This document shows positions 44,128 through 45,320 of a DNA stretch of 45,320 nucleotides, one piece after another. Both the position numbers and the translations under genes were made by a program. The notes beneath the pieces were generated by a model. The model saw only the letters and a list, made by a program, of their open reading frames with translations. It made no database searches and had not been told where the DNA came from. Each line of letters starts with the position of its first letter. The stretch's first letter is position 1. Source of the stretch: a virus (lineage: Duplodnaviria > Caudoviricetes); the IMG/VR virus record IMGVR_UViG_3300037657_000015, positions 1 to 45,320 of that record. One strand, given 5' to 3'.

Positions 44128-44987
44128 ATATATAGGCGTTTGGACTATATATAGGCGTTTTGGCTCAAACATACCGCGCTCCGCGAGTGTAGTAGTTTAT
44201 ATAGTCGAGGGGGTACCGGGGGGTACATGCCGGTCGAGCTTGGATTTTTTTCCCGCACGTGTGTGGACAAACAGCAACGCGCGCGAACGCATGCGTCAAC
44301 GATTGTCAACCCATACACACCAGCACCCGCGTGTATAAAAAAATATACATGTAGCATTCAGGATACACGTGATATCATGGGTGTGTGTAAGAGGTTACAC
44401 ACGTGCGCGTGTGGTACGTGCCGAACGCCTGCGGACCCTGCGCATAGATTAAATGTATTTATTTAATATGTGTGTGTGTGCGCGCACGCGCGTGGTATGT
44501 ACTAATTATCATCATCATCCAGGTCAAGCGCTGCGTCCTCGCACGTATACGGCTCCTCACAACGCTTTACACGCATCCGCGCGTACTCCATCGCCCCGCG
44601 TATACTCATTCGATCTCCAGTGTCCGGCGCAGGAGTAGTCAAACGGCTGGCGGCCCCCTGTTCCCGTTGTTGGATAGCATGGGCAATCAATCGGCCAGTG
44701 ATGTTAATTGAGTATGAGATAATGATTGCTGATGGAATGAGTAAGATGTCCATAATTATATTATATATTAATAAGGGTGAATGTAAAGTGATAACGTATA
44801 AAAAAGCATACACTGTACGTTTTTCGATGTATGAAAGAATATAATGCGCGAGAAGGGCGAATAGGTGGCAAATACGTAAGAATCGTGATATTTCGTGATA
44901 ATGGCCTACGGTATTAGTTATGTGCTAAAAGTGCGCCTATGGGCCTGTTAGGTGGCATCTTTTTGTTTCCTTTGTTCTATTTTATTA

Positions 44988-45310
44988 GGTGTCACAGAAT
45001 GTCATTTATGTATTTAGTATATATATGTAATATATATATATTAAAATAATATACTTTGGTGTCACACATTGGCACGGTGTCATTTATTGTCATGGTGTCA
45101 CGCTGTGTCATTGTACTTACCTCTATTTCCATACTATTTGTTCTATGCTAATTATACTATTTTGATATTCTACGGGTATACACCTTGCGCGCTAGTGACA
45201 TTGGTGACACTGGTCCGCATAGTAATATGTGGTGACATAACGTGGCATGCGTGACATATTTCGACATGTGATACAATTAACAAAATTAGTTGTTGACATA
45301 TTGCGACACC
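44988..45310. repeat. Inverted array of phased TGTCA/TGACA boxes (iteron/operator-like)
   Basis: GGTGTCAY-N4-TG(T/G)CAY at 44988, 45058, 45076 and 45094. Looser reverse-orientation pairs at 45195-45310 (= 2-117). Confidence 0.75.
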
Positions 45311-45320
45311 ACATGTTATA
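45194..45320. repeat. Terminal overlap, copy 2 (identical to 1-127)
   Basis: Exact match to the start of the window. Confidence 0.95.

Noticed and set aside
44108-45254. Short ORFs in the control region
   Set aside because: They lack convincing RBSs, have low-complexity translations, and overlap operators and repeats.

Overview
The window is an apparently complete, circularly assembled tailed-phage genome of about 45,193 bp: bases 1-127 recur exactly at 45194-45320. The + strand arm (164-20779) carries early and middle genes. These include a tandem RHH-like regulator, a pentapeptide-repeat protein, HTH regulators, a Sak4-like ATPase, a DUF669-type SSB, a Cas4-like nuclease, a HAD nucleotidase, an amino-MTase, a T7-lysozyme-type amidase, a C5-MTase with an overprinted second ORF, an SF2 helicase, a PrimPol-DUF3987 fusion, RusA, a radical SAM enzyme and many small Zn-finger ORFs. 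The - strand arm (44069-20769) is a podovirus-type morphogenesis module: terS, terL, portal, scaffold, major capsid, adaptor, nozzle, needle, three ejection-type proteins and holin-like membrane ORFs. A ~1.25 kb non-coding control region spans the junction. I see no integrase, CRISPR array, reverse transcriptase or complete tRNA. The most unusual observations are: (1) two fibre/virion-like proteins with Sec-type signal peptides in their own promoter-controlled cassette between terL and portal; (2) a dual-frame C5-MTase whose overprinted beta-like chain carries an inserted Zn ribbon; (3) an inverted array of 10-bp-phased TGTCA/TGACA boxes around an AT-rich core beside the tandem-RHH gene; (4) a GTGTATA-N6-TATACAC operator family at the late promoters; (5) a tRNA-minihelix-like structured RNA; (6) an FN3-like domain shared by nozzle and adaptor; (7) a 24-bp coding repeat with an invariant core and G>T-biased variation. 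All family names come from motif recognition by eye, not from database searches.
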